A DNA stretch of 64,000 bases from a virus. Lineage: Duplodnaviria > Caudoviricetes. Location of the stretch: positions 95,517 through 159,516 of IMG/VR virus record IMGVR_UViG_3300033121_000971, one strand, 5' to 3'. Made by a program: the position numbers and the translations under genes. The notes beneath the pieces were generated by a model, which did no database searches, was not told the DNA's origin, and worked only from the letters and a program-made list of their open reading frames with translations. This document shows positions 31,955 to 42,719 of this stretch, piece by piece; positions within the stretch are counted from its first letter, which is position 1, and every line of letters starts with the position of its first letter.

Positions 31955-32535
31955 ATTGGAAAGGGCTTATAACTTCAGCACCTTATGGGGCATGGGTATA
32001 TGGTACCGCAGAGTTAGGTAGGTCTGATTACGATTATATAGAAGTATGGGAAGAGGGTGTAGACAAAGAAGAGGAACGAATTGTAGAGAGTAAAGTAGAT
32101 ATAACTAGGTATAGTAAGAGTTATTTTCAAAAATTGCTTGATGCTCATGAGATTTCAGCTTTGGAAACATATTTTCAGTTTTCACATTTATCCGAGCATT
32201 TTACTTTTAAGCTTGACCTTGCAAAGTTAAGAGCATCTTTCTCTCAGAAAGCTTCAAATAGTTGGGTAAAGGCTAAGAAGAAATTAATTGTACCAGAAGA
32301 CTACGACCCATATGTTGCTAAGAAGTCTTTATTCCATTCATTTAGAATTCTTGACTTTGGATGCCAGATAGCAGAACATGGTAAGATAGTAGATTATTCT
32401 TCAGCTAACCATATCTGGGAAAGAATAAAAGATATGGAACCAAACTGGTATTTGTGGTATGACACATTTAAGAAAGAGTACAATGCTCTGGATAGTAAAT
32501 TTAAAAAATTAGCACCAAAGGAGATTAAGAAATGA
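31951..32535 (+). CDS. Nucleotidyltransferase-like protein
   Basis: VYGT...SDYDYI minimal NTase motif; KSLFHSFRIL. Confidence 0.6.
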   Translation: MNWKGLITSAPYGAWVYGTAELGRSDYDYIEVWEEGVDKEEERIVESKVDITRYSKSYFQKLLDAHEISALETYFQFSHLSEHFTFKLDLAKLRASFSQKASNSWVKAKKKLIVPEDYDPYVAKKSLFHSFRILDFGCQIAEHGKIVDYSSANHIWERIKDMEPNWYLWYDTFKKEYNALDSKFKKLAPKEIKK

Positions 32536-32765
32536 GTGATTGGGTTAAAGTATCAGACAGATTACCTGATGAGGGAGAAGATGTTCACTGTTACAATCTG
32601 GAGGAAGAGATATACTATGGTGTAATGTATTATGATGATTTTAGTGATGAGCAAGGATTCAGGGACAATAATGGAGTTCTTAATGCTGGTTTAGACTCAG
32701 CTCCTACACATTGGTGCAGTGCTGTAGATTTGCCAGATTTTCCAACAGAAGGAGAGATAATATAA
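32532..32765 (+). CDS. DUF551-like phage protein
   Basis: WVKVSDRLP...PTHW. Confidence 0.7.
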   Translation: MSDWVKVSDRLPDEGEDVHCYNLEEEIYYGVMYYDDFSDEQGFRDNNGVLNAGLDSAPTHWCSAVDLPDFPTEGEII

Positions 32766-32973
32766 TGATTATAGCTGAGAATGAAAGTTTTATAGCTAAG
32801 AAGAAATCTCATATAGCTACAGTACTATTAAAAGAAAGTATGAATCCTGATAAAGATAAAGTTGAATTTATTGATAAGGATTCAGATATATCAATAGGTG
32901 AAGAAACTATGTTATCCACAAGTATAGGACATGTTCCAGAGTTAATTGATATTTTAAATAAAGTTTATAAAGG

Positions 32974-33555
32974 ATGGCAATAATGTTTAGTCAAGAACAA
33001 CTAGTACAAATATTTGATGCAATATCTTTCTCAGCCGAGAAGCACAAGACTCAGAGAAGGAAGGACTTGGAGAAGACTCCGTATGTAAATCATCCTCTGG
33101 ATGTAGCCAGAACTTTAATGTTCTTGTTGGCAGATGAGGATGATGCTGATATGTTATATGTTGCAGTTATGGGAGCAACACTTCATGATACTTTGGAGGA
33201 TACAGAGACTACTTATGAAGAGTTAGAGACTAGGTATGGGACTGAAGTTGCTGAAGCAGTTAAGCAAGTTACTAACAATAAGCAACTTTCTGGAGAAGAG
33301 AGTAAAGCTCATGAGCTAGAAGTGGCTAAGACTTTGGATTTGATTCCTGCTATGATACGTATTAGTGATAAGATATCTAATGTGAATGATATTGACAAAG
33401 ATAGACCTTCAGTCTGGGATAAAGAGAGAAAGTTAAAGTATATTAAATGGGCTAAAGCTTTGGTAAATAACATAGATGGTGACAACATTTATATTCCACA
33501 GCTTAAATTTGAATTCCAGAAACGTTATTATGAGGCATTAAGCAGGTTAGGTTAG
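32974..33555 (+). CDS. HD-domain small alarmone hydrolase (SpoT/Mesh1-like)
   Basis: HKTQRRK..PYVNHP..VA...LHDTLEDT...SDKISN. Confidence 0.85.
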   Translation: MAIMFSQEQLVQIFDAISFSAEKHKTQRRKDLEKTPYVNHPLDVARTLMFLLADEDDADMLYVAVMGATLHDTLEDTETTYEELETRYGTEVAEAVKQVTNNKQLSGEESKAHELEVAKTLDLIPAMIRISDKISNVNDIDKDRPSVWDKERKLKYIKWAKALVNNIDGDNIYIPQLKFEFQKRYYEALSRLG

Positions 33556-33574
33556 CAGTAAATGATGAGAAAAT

Positions 33575-33591
33575 TTTGTATTTATTATATA
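33575..33591 (+). promoter_or_regulatory. Candidate late promoter
   Basis: Identical to 8448-8464. Confidence 0.45.
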
Positions 33592-33595
33592 GACT

Positions 33596-35497
33596 ATGAC
33601 CGAAAAAGAAGAAAAAGTAGAAAAAAAATCAAGAATTCAAGAAGTTTTAGATGCTATACAGCAGGTTAAGACAGAAGAATACGACCCAAAAGAGTTTTTA
33701 GTTAACTCTTATGGTATGTTTTTACAGGCAGTTCAAAACGGAGAGAAGAAAGTACACCTACTTAAGATAGGTGTTGAACCTACTCCAGCAGAATTAGAAG
33801 CTACTCCAATCTGGGATGAGAATTCTACACTGGAAGAGTGGTATCATGCTTCCAGAGAGCTTATTGTAGAATTGAGACTTCCAGATGTAAAGAAAAAATT
33901 AGCTGAAGGTTACTCATCAAGTAACCCTAGCCCTTTACAGCTACAGCTAGCCGATATGAGTTCAGAGATGAAGTTTGAAGACCCTATGGAAATGGAAAAG
34001 CTTGATAGAGCTTACCATGAATACATTGAATGGGATTTAAATAAGCAGAAAGAGACTATTACAGAATTCTTAGCTGAGCGTATTACTTTAACAGAGAAAG
34101 ATTTTTTAAAGTATATGGTTGACAAAGAAGTTGGTAATATAGCTATGAGTACAGCAGATAACTTGATGGATAGATTAAAAGGACAACTGAGAGAAAGTAC
34201 TCTTCCAGTTATCACAGATAGAAAGCAGTCACAAATAGAGAAGATTAAAAAAATGGATGCAGGTAATTCTAAAATCCCTATATATAACAGAAATATTAAT
34301 GGATAAAAAATCAATAAGTATTACAGACCCAGTTACAAAAGCATTAGACACATTTTTGAAATCAGTCGGTGGCTCTTTAAGAGACCGCTACGGTTCAATA
34401 GATGAAGTGGGTGATGCAGTTAATGCTAAATGGCAGGCTTTCGTTACAGGTATACAGGGTAACTATGAGAGAGTTCATAAAGAAATTACTTCTAATCCTA
34501 CCGCTTACGGTATAGAGATTGTTGGTAATGAATCAGCAGGCGACTTTGTAAATGAGAATGCTATGGGTTCTGTAGATGAGAATCAAGACCCATTTGATGA
34601 TGGTCAAAACACTCCTCCCCCAGATAAAGATATTCAGGACGTATTTGGAGAAGAAGATACTGGTGCAGTAACACCTCAGTAGTAAAAATAGTAAACCTTA
34701 ACAAAAAGGAAAATGGGAACAGAAAAAAAAGATAAATCGTACCTAAATGACCCTGAGTCAATCCCTACGAGTCCTAGAGATATAAAAGACAAAATTGCAA
34801 GAGCTTTTACGCCTGTTGAGATTCAAAGGGTAGCAGTTGACACTGTGATTATGGGTGAGAAGATTTTGGAAGAGCTTAGGAATAGTGATGAGGTAGACGA
34901 AGAGTTTAAATTGAAGCCTACATCTATTTGGGGAGTAAAGATAATAACATCTCCAAAATTATCACCTTATTATGTTAAGGCATTTGGTATAGATGACGAA
35001 GATTATTTAAATTACTTATAAACCTTACGAAAGGAAATTAAAAGATGGCAAAAGATTATTCATTAAATGAGCCAATAAGAGAAGCCAGACCTAATGAAGG
35101 TGGCTACATCTGGAAAAAAGATGCAAGTGGTAAAGTAGTTCCAGTACCTGTGTATGATGAAGAGACTGCTCAGGATGAAGCAGATATTCAGGATGCAGTA
35201 GATACCCTTGAGAAGTATACAGAAGACAATAACCTTTTAGAGAAAGCTGGAATAGGAAAAGCTACAACTGGGGTGAGAAAATCAGACCAGATAATAAGCT
35301 CAGCTATAACTATGACAGTAGAGAATCCGAAAGTAGCTTCAACTCTGGAGGAGATAAGGCAGGAAACAGGAAAGCCTTGGCACTCTGACCCCGATTGTGT
35401 AAATAGTGTAGTAAGGATAGTTAAAAAGAATTATGCTCAGTTTAATTTTACTGAGAAACAACTAATAGATGCAGTAAGGAGTTTGTACGGTGGGTAA
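33596..35497 (+). other. Four acidic hypothetical ORFs (putative late/virion block)
   Basis: ORFs 33596-34306, ~34299-34682, 34713-35021, 35045-35497 follow the candidate late promoter. Confidence 0.5.
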
Positions 35498-36254
35498 GGT
35501 ATTCAAAGCTCCAGAAAAGTGGACTAAAGATAAAGGTCAGAAAACTTTATTTCTGGCTGGGAGTATAGAGCAGGGGAAGGCAGTTGACTGGCAAACCAAG
35601 CTTACAAAAGAGTTTGAAGATGATGATAGCATTGTAATACTAAATCCTAGAAGAGATGATTGGGATTCTAGCTGGAAAGAGTCAATAAAGAATAAACAGT
35701 TCAAGGAGCAGGTAACTTGGGAACTGGATGCACAAGAGCAAGCTGATTTAATTTGCATGTACTTTGATAAGGAGACTAAATCCCCTATTACATTGATGGA
35801 GCTTGGCTTATTCTGTAAAAAACCCATGGTAGTTTGTTGTCCTGACGGTTTCTGGAAGAAGGGTAATGTTGAGGTAGTTTGTGAAAGGAATAGCATTCCA
35901 TTAGTTACAGATTTTGATGAGTTTGTAACTGAGATAAAAAAGAAATTGAAAATGAATAAAGAAGCAATAAAGAAAACAGCAGTAGAACCAGTAAACCCTC
36001 TTGAAGGTGGTGATGCTCTATCTGGAATAGACGATGCAGGAGACGAAGGTCTTGGTGGTGGAGATTTAGGTGGTGACCTCGGAGGAGGACTCGGAGGAGG
36101 CTTAGATGGAGGTCTTGGAGGTGGTCTTGATGAGGTTGCTGAAGGAATGGGAAATGATTATTATGATGCTTTAAAAGTAACCAGAACACCAGACCTAGAG
36201 AATCAGATTCAACATGATGATATGGATGATTTAGACTATACGAAATTAACATAA
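35490..36254 (+). CDS. Nucleoside 2-deoxyribosyltransferase-like domain with Gly/Asp-rich tail
   Basis: FLAGSIE...WQ...LNPRR...QVTWEL...SPITLMELG. Confidence 0.8.
   Translation: MGKVFKAPEKWTKDKGQKTLFLAGSIEQGKAVDWQTKLTKEFEDDDSIVILNPRRDDWDSSWKESIKNKQFKEQVTWELDAQEQADLICMYFDKETKSPITLMELGLFCKKPMVVCCPDGFWKKGNVEVVCERNSIPLVTDFDEFVTEIKKKLKMNKEAIKKTAVEPVNPLEGGDALSGIDDAGDEGLGGGDLGGDLGGGLGGGLDGGLGGGLDEVAEGMGNDYYDALKVTRTPDLENQIQHDDMDDLDYTKLT
36048..36131 (+). repeat. Coding low-complexity repeat of (D/G)LGG units
   Basis: GLGGGDLGGDLGGGLGGGLDGGLGGGLD. Confidence 0.7.
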
Positions 36255-36756
36255 ATGAAACAACCGATAACTTATACAGAACCAGAATTTTTAAAATTTT
36301 ACGATAAGCTCAGAAAGACAGAGAATGCTTTACAAAAAGCAGTCGGTAAGTTTACTGTTAAAGATGAAAAAGTAATAAAAGAAGTACAGAGCTTAGCATG
36401 TCTGGAGGAAGGCTTCAGTATAGACTTTGATGAAAATGATATCCGAGTTAGTTACCAAGTTGATGTGCCAAACATAATCTCTTTCTACCAGATAAAACTA
36501 ATCATAAGAGACCTTGAGTCTGGGAAGGATATCTCCCGACATACTTATTTGTGTGGTATGATTAAGAACGGGGTAGCATCTAAGAAGCTTGAGCTGAGAC
36601 AAATATTGCCTGAAAAGAAATTAGCATGATATTTTAAATATTTTAGTACTATTTTACTAGAATTTTACAGTTATATTATTTATAATCTGGAGGTTAAGTG
36701 AAATAGTTTAAATTTTTTAATAAACGAGTTAGTAAATAGAAAAATTTTTTTGACGA

Positions 36757-36780
36757 GGCAGTGCATAACTGTCTTTTTTA
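36757..36780 (+). terminator. Rho-independent terminator candidate
   Basis: AGGCAGT-GCATA-ACTGTCT plus T-run just upstream of the 1829-aa ORF. Confidence 0.55.
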
Positions 36781-36794
36781 ATTTATAATAACGA

Positions 36795-39700
36795 ATGCCT
36801 TTACAATACGAATCAGATAACATAAGATTAGGCTATATAAAAGAAGCTCTATCAGGTAAGCCAATAAACTCAGAAGACTTAGTTACTATTGAGGTAGCTG
36901 ATGATTATATTCTTTATGAAGAAGAATGGGTTGATGCTTGCTGGGAAGCTCTTTACCAGAAAGAAGATTATAAAGGTCTTAGTCAATATGAAGCCATATC
37001 CAAATTCATGGAAAGTAGGTTTGCTCAGATAGTGGCAGAAGCTGGAGAGAATATTCTGGAGTGGGAGTTTGATGGAGATAATATGTACGTTAAAATTTCT
37101 CGTTCTGGGATGGAGAAGACTTCAGCATACAACGATGAGCTAGGCTATATAGACCCAGAAGTTCCAATGACCAATGAAGACATTGAGAACATAAATACTA
37201 CTGATGCTGTTCCTACCCAGAATGCAATGGATATGACTAAGATTCCTCATCCAGAAGCTTTCAAAGAAGTAGAGAGCAAAGGTGTATTCTTTATAGGCGG
37301 TGATTCTGTTAACGTAGACCCTAGAGGAGATGAGACTCCATTCGGTATTGATTATCCTAACCATTTTAATGGCTGGGCTGTAGGTGCTAATGTAGGACAG
37401 AAGTTAAAGAAGAAAGCTGATGAAGGTTATTACTATGTAGCCGTGGTAAGCTATCCTTCTAATAGCAGTATGCACGTTAATCCTTCTTTCATAAGTGCTA
37501 TGGAGAGAAAGCTTAAAAGCTTATGTGATTATGTAGGTGTATCTTATACTCAGGTAATGAATGAGGCTGAGCATTACTTTCAGGAACAGGAAGCTGAAAA
37601 GCAAAAAGAAGAGCTTAAGACTAAAAAGAAAACTACTGGACAGGACACTCTATTTGAAGAGGACGCTCTGGTAGGGAATAAAGAAGTAAAGAAAGACCTT
37701 ACATTCTATAAGAAAGTTATTGACCTTCTCAAGAAAAGAGAGGTCGAAGACATAAAAGAGCGTGGCGGTAACGTAAGAACTGATGCAAAGATATCAATCA
37801 AAAATGTTCTATTAGAAGTAGAGACAGAGATATCTCACAAGAACACTGAACAGTATAAAGGAAATATAGTTGGTGTAGCAAAGTTCGCAGAAGTAATCAC
37901 TGGAAAAGACAGAGTAGTAAAACATGAAGTCTATCCAGAGGAGATTATATTTAACAACTGGAAGATGCTTCCAGAACCTATTCCTGTAGCAGAATTATTT
38001 TCAGCTCTGAAGAGTAAGGTAAAGCCAGAAGATATACAGAAAACATTCTGGGTGATGCTTCAGACATATAATTTAACGGTACCGAAAGACCATCCGATTG
38101 CTCAGTTTTTGATGGACTTTGCAGAGGAAGGTATGACTAAGACATCTGGAATAGAGAAGACAGCAGTTAGGGACTTAGATATTGATTTGATAGAACAGTT
38201 TTACAAACAAGAGTCAACTAGAGGTACAGTTGATGATAAAATATTAAATTCCCTTCAGGTTGATTTGATTCTTATCTGGAAAAATGTAGCTCGTGACTTA
38301 CAATTATGGGTAGATTATATTAAACATCCTGAAAAGCATTTAACACCGAAGCAGATATATGAATTGAAGATGCTTGATGAACAGGGTAGGATAATGGATG
38401 AGAATGATTACAGGCAAAGATTGATATTAATGAAGTATCCTGATTGGATAGATTGGTCAGCTAGCTTTACTTCAGATAGAGCTCAAGGCATAGTTAATAT
38501 ATTAGAGAAAGCAAAAACAGACAAGCAAAAAATTCTTGCAATAAATGAAGCTCTGAACCAATATCATTTTTCTGGTAATATGCTTGCTCCAGTAGACTAT
38601 GAGAGATTAGGTTTTGATGAGTATGAAAGTCTAAGACAGAGACTTGCTATTAAAAAAACAGCCAGACGTGCCAGACAGGACGATTCACTTCCAGTCTTGA
38701 GGAAGCTTATCTCAATGGGCTATGATAAAGCTCAATGGCATATTCATGAACTGTTGCACAAAGAAGTAGATATCTGTGATGAATACAACGGTAAGATATT
38801 TGATTTAAAACAAATGACATCTAACCTTCGTTACAGTGCTCCTATATTTGAGCATAGTCACGTTAATTGTTATTGCTATTTACTTTGCTATTCAACTACT
38901 AACCCAGAACTGGAAACAGCTATTGTTGATTGGACTGGAATAGAAGAAGGTGGAAGAGTAGTAGACAGAGCAGATGCTGGAGAAAGAAAAGAAGACTTTG
39001 AAAGACTCTTTGATAAATACAGAGAAGACCTTGACAACATAGAAAACAACTCTTATATTCATGGAGAGTTCGGAGAGCCAGAAGCAGGTATATACTCCTT
39101 CGACCTTACTATGTATGATGACACTTACTTCAACGTAAATGAACTTCAGGAGATAAGAGATAAAGTATTAGAGCTTGTTCTGGACAGAGCAGACAGGTAT
39201 GGAATAACAGTTGAGGATGCTGAGATAGCTGGTAACAGTATGATTGTACAGACTTCAGCTATGTTAAGGAACTATGACTTCTCAAAAGAAGACTGGGTAG
39301 AAGTAGAGTGGACTTATAACAAGAGAAGAGAAGAGTTGATAAACGTTATCATGGATTTATCAAAACTTCAGGACTGGTTAAAAGTAACACAAGACTCAAT
39401 AAACAACCTATTACTGGAAATAGAACAGAAGAATGCTAATCAGCAGATGGATAAGTTTTCTGGGTTGAGGAAGACTTCTAAACTCAATCTTAACACCATA
39501 AGACAATTCTTCACACAAGAACGAGACCGTGGAGTAGTGGATGATAAAATTCTGGATGAGTTGCAGGTTGAGCTTATTGTAATGTTTACTCAAATTAGAA
39601 ATATATTGAAAGTGCATGAAGACCATGAACATGAATACAATGTTGAAGATTATCATTGGGTAGAGTTTAGAGATAAGTTAATCATAAAGTATCTTCCAGA

Positions 39701-42284
39701 AGCTGAAGATTATTCTGATATTGCATGGGAGTCACTTAGCCATATGTATCATTGGACTCAAGCTGAGGATGTTGTTGAAGTTCTTGAAAAAGCAAAAACT
39801 GATAAGGAAAAGATATTAGCAATAAACCAAGCACTAAATGAAGGTCATTATAGTGGTTTTATGTTAGGTGAAGCCTATAATAGTTTCAGAAGTGCTCTTG
39901 GAAGACTAAAAGCTATACAAGCCCATCACATGAGATTTATAGTTGCTGGGAGAGTGGACTTCTTAAGAGACCAATTCTTTAAAAGTGTTGAAAAGAATAT
40001 ACCTACTTTAGGAGTAACTCCTGAGCAAAGACAGATGTCAGTAGAGTCGCTTCATGAGGATTTTGATTCTTTAGTTGATACTGACCCTACAAAGAATAAG
40101 CAATACCTTCAATGGTTAGTGAAGCACTATTGGACTGCACATTCTAAAGGTAACAGAAATTTTAGACTGTTTATGGAAGACCTTCCAAAGATAAAATCTT
40201 ATCTGGAAGCTTACTACAAACTCTCCCTCCAGAAGAAAGATTTAGGAACTGAAGAGAAAGTTACTCCAGTGTTTGCAAAAGATGGGCAACCAAAAATGAA
40301 TCCAGAAACTGGGACACCAATGGTAACTAAAAAGACTCTTAATCTTTCAAACATTGACCATGTTGAGAACTGGCAAAAACTTCAGGACTTAGTTAAACCT
40401 TATCTTTATGGTAAAGGGGTAGAACTGTCTGATACTGAGAAGGAAATAGTAAACAATGAAGCTAACTTGGTTTATGACGGTCAGAACTGGCAAATATGGG
40501 TTCCGTTCACTGAGAAGAGTGCCTGCATCCTTGGTAAAGGTACAGAGTGGTGTACAACATATGGCTATGAAGGTGGAAGATATCCTAACCAGACACAGAA
40601 TCAATTTAATAGTTATAATGACGATGATGATTTGATTATAATTATTAATAAACAAAAACCAGAGTGGAAATATCAATGGCATTTTGCTTCTGGGCAGTTT
40701 ATGAATAGAGATGACCAGCAGATGGATATTAAAACATTCCTTAATAGGGATGCTCAAGAAATAAAAGAACCTTTATACGAGTATTTGATTAACAGGCAGG
40801 AAAAAGATGCTTTTGGAAGTTATCCTGACCCAGAGAATGAAGAAGATGTAATGCTTGGAACTATACCAGATGGGCATGTTGATGCTATCGAAAAGAAAGT
40901 AAACAACCTATTACAAGTAGATGCTCCTTTGGATGGTATTATGCCTTATATTAAAGCATTACCAAAAAAAGATAAAGACCAGTTACTAGGGTCAGCTAGA
41001 TTACTTCCAAAAGCTGTAGAGTCTGGGGTTGTAACTGAAAAAGAAGCTAACAAACATGTAAATACTTCAGAATTGTTTTTTAAAGATGGTAAAGCATATT
41101 GGATAGCAGATGATTTTGGTAGTGATAAGATTTTAAATCTATTCCATGAGAGTAGTGATAGTGACTACAGAACGTGGGCAGAAAATGTTCTTGGTGATGA
41201 TGTAGACCCTAGTGATTATTACCCAGAAGGGGTAGATATAAATGACTGTACGGACTATTTTGATTTAATAAGTAAAGAAAACATAAAAAGGATTGGATTA
41301 CATTTTAAGAAACAAGGAGTAAAGACAGGTAAATTTGATTACTCCGTTCTGGAGGATATTCTTACTAACCCTGAAAATTATGATTACCCTGATACAGATG
41401 ATATAAGTGATGCATTAGTTAAAGCCTTTAGTGTAGCTAAAGAAGATGCTAATCGCAGTGCGACTTTTTCTGGATTTATTAAAGAAATAGAGAGAGTTGT
41501 TGGTGGTAAGTATGAGTGGCTTAAAATAAATGGTGAGAGTAAGTTAGCATTTCCTATTGATGTTTATAAATTTTCTGACGGTTTTACTATGCCTAGTAGT
41601 GATGAAGGCACTGTTATATTAGATAGTGTCAGTGATATAATTAGGCAATCATTAAGAAAGAATAGTGCGTTATTAAAACCAAATGGTGGAGAAAATTATT
41701 ATGGGGACATAAGAGAAGATTCAGATATTAGTTATCTTAATGACAAGATATCTGAAGAGCTTGATGACCTTGGTATACCAGAAGTACCAGTGAAACCTAT
41801 TAAGAAGGTAAAGAAAGCTTTAAGCAAAATCCTTCGTGAAGGAATCTTCCGAAAGAAGTCAATGCTAGAAAAGCTTGGACTTAAAGCTCTGGGAGAGAAA
41901 GTATTAAAGCTAGAATCATGTAATCCTGCCTTAGTTTCCAGAATAGAAAATGTACTGGAAAGGGTTAATGTTATAAGAGATTTTAGTACTAGTACTCACT
42001 TCTTGCAAAGGTTAAAGGAGAGGACACCTGATTCTGGAAGAGGTGTGTATAACTTTTTAAAGACACATAATTTTACTATTAATGATGTGTCTGAGGTGTC
42101 TGTATCAGATGATTTAAGAAAATTAGAGAAACTGCTCTTTGAAATAAAGACTCCAGCAAACGTGACTGGGGTAGAAGATGTAATAGGAATAGCCATAGAT
42201 TCTTATCTTAGGCTGATTACGTTCTTTAGCAAGAGCTCAACTGGACAAAGAATAACCACACCTAAAAGATATGCTGAGGTATAA
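36795..42284 (+). CDS. 1829-aa multidomain protein, probably virion/head-associated, with internal duplication and MuF-like Cys/His motif
   Basis: Duplicated ~135-aa domain; CDEYNG...HSHVNCYC resembles the head-morphogenesis (MuF) HPNCRC motif; GTEWCT motif. Confidence 0.7.
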   Translation: MPLQYESDNIRLGYIKEALSGKPINSEDLVTIEVADDYILYEEEWVDACWEALYQKEDYKGLSQYEAISKFMESRFAQIVAEAGENILEWEFDGDNMYVKISRSGMEKTSAYNDELGYIDPEVPMTNEDIENINTTDAVPTQNAMDMTKIPHPEAFKEVESKGVFFIGGDSVNVDPRGDETPFGIDYPNHFNGWAVGANVGQKLKKKADEGYYYVAVVSYPSNSSMHVNPSFISAMERKLKSLCDYVGVSYTQVMNEAEHYFQEQEAEKQKEELKTKKKTTGQDTLFEEDALVGNKEVKKDLTFYKKVIDLLKKREVEDIKERGGNVRTDAKISIKNVLLEVETEISHKNTEQYKGNIVGVAKFAEVITGKDRVVKHEVYPEEIIFNNWKMLPEPIPVAELFSALKSKVKPEDIQKTFWVMLQTYNLTVPKDHPIAQFLMDFAEEGMTKTSGIEKTAVRDLDIDLIEQFYKQESTRGTVDDKILNSLQVDLILIWKNVARDLQLWVDYIKHPEKHLTPKQIYELKMLDEQGRIMDENDYRQRLILMKYPDWIDWSASFTSDRAQGIVNILEKAKTDKQKILAINEALNQYHFSGNMLAPVDYERLGFDEYESLRQRLAIKKTARRARQDDSLPVLRKLISMGYDKAQWHIHELLHKEVDICDEYNGKIFDLKQMTSNLRYSAPIFEHSHVNCYCYLLCYSTTNPELETAIVDWTGIEEGGRVVDRADAGERKEDFERLFDKYREDLDNIENNSYIHGEFGEPEAGIYSFDLTMYDDTYFNVNELQEIRDKVLELVLDRADRYGITVEDAEIAGNSMIVQTSAMLRNYDFSKEDWVEVEWTYNKRREELINVIMDLSKLQDWLKVTQDSINNLLLEIEQKNANQQMDKFSGLRKTSKLNLNTIRQFFTQERDRGVVDDKILDELQVELIVMFTQIRNILKVHEDHEHEYNVEDYHWVEFRDKLIIKYLPEAEDYSDIAWESLSHMYHWTQAEDVVEVLEKAKTDKEKILAINQALNEGHYSGFMLGEAYNSFRSALGRLKAIQAHHMRFIVAGRVDFLRDQFFKSVEKNIPTLGVTPEQRQMSVESLHEDFDSLVDTDPTKNKQYLQWLVKHYWTAHSKGNRNFRLFMEDLPKIKSYLEAYYKLSLQKKDLGTEEKVTPVFAKDGQPKMNPETGTPMVTKKTLNLSNIDHVENWQKLQDLVKPYLYGKGVELSDTEKEIVNNEANLVYDGQNWQIWVPFTEKSACILGKGTEWCTTYGYEGGRYPNQTQNQFNSYNDDDDLIIIINKQKPEWKYQWHFASGQFMNRDDQQMDIKTFLNRDAQEIKEPLYEYLINRQEKDAFGSYPDPENEEDVMLGTIPDGHVDAIEKKVNNLLQVDAPLDGIMPYIKALPKKDKDQLLGSARLLPKAVESGVVTEKEANKHVNTSELFFKDGKAYWIADDFGSDKILNLFHESSDSDYRTWAENVLGDDVDPSDYYPEGVDINDCTDYFDLISKENIKRIGLHFKKQGVKTGKFDYSVLEDILTNPENYDYPDTDDISDALVKAFSVAKEDANRSATFSGFIKEIERVVGGKYEWLKINGESKLAFPIDVYKFSDGFTMPSSDEGTVILDSVSDIIRQSLRKNSALLKPNGGENYYGDIREDSDISYLNDKISEELDDLGIPEVPVKPIKKVKKALSKILREGIFRKKSMLEKLGLKALGEKVLKLESCNPALVSRIENVLERVNVIRDFSTSTHFLQRLKERTPDSGRGVYNFLKTHNFTINDVSEVSVSDDLRKLEKLLFEIKTPANVTGVEDVIGIAIDSYLRLITFFSKSSTGQRITTPKRYAEV

Positions 42285-42681
42285 ATTAATCACTTGACTT
42301 TTAATAAAACTATGAATAACTTACAGGAAATAAAATCAACATTAAGGAGATTAACTGGTATGGAAGAGAAACCTTTTAAAGTCCCTGAATCTAGATTAAA
42401 GATAACTGGTAGCAGAGGTGAAGGTTGGACAGTAATATATCCTGTATCTGTTACATATAATGGTGGTACAACTATAGATGGCGAGTGGTACAGTGGGTAT
42501 GAAGTGCCAGAGCCTAAAGTACCCCAAGGTTTTGAATTAGTAAGTTTGTGGGTTGGGCTTCAGAATAGTGCTCATCCTCCATATGCTACAAATATGCTTA
42601 AGCCTACTACTCCTGAAACAGCTAAGTTAAAAAGGCATCAGGTTCAGAAGCTTTGTGACCAAGCTTAGAAAGGTACCGAAT

Positions 42682-42719
42682 TTTTACCTTGTTTTTTAAA
42701 AAGATTTACCGTATACTTG
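42682..42719 (+). promoter_or_regulatory. Promoter class B
   Basis: TTTTACCTTG-N20-TATACTTG. Confidence 0.7.

Noticed and set aside
36630-36794. Replication origin in the very AT-rich gap
   Set aside because: No iterons visible; better explained by promoter/terminator sequence
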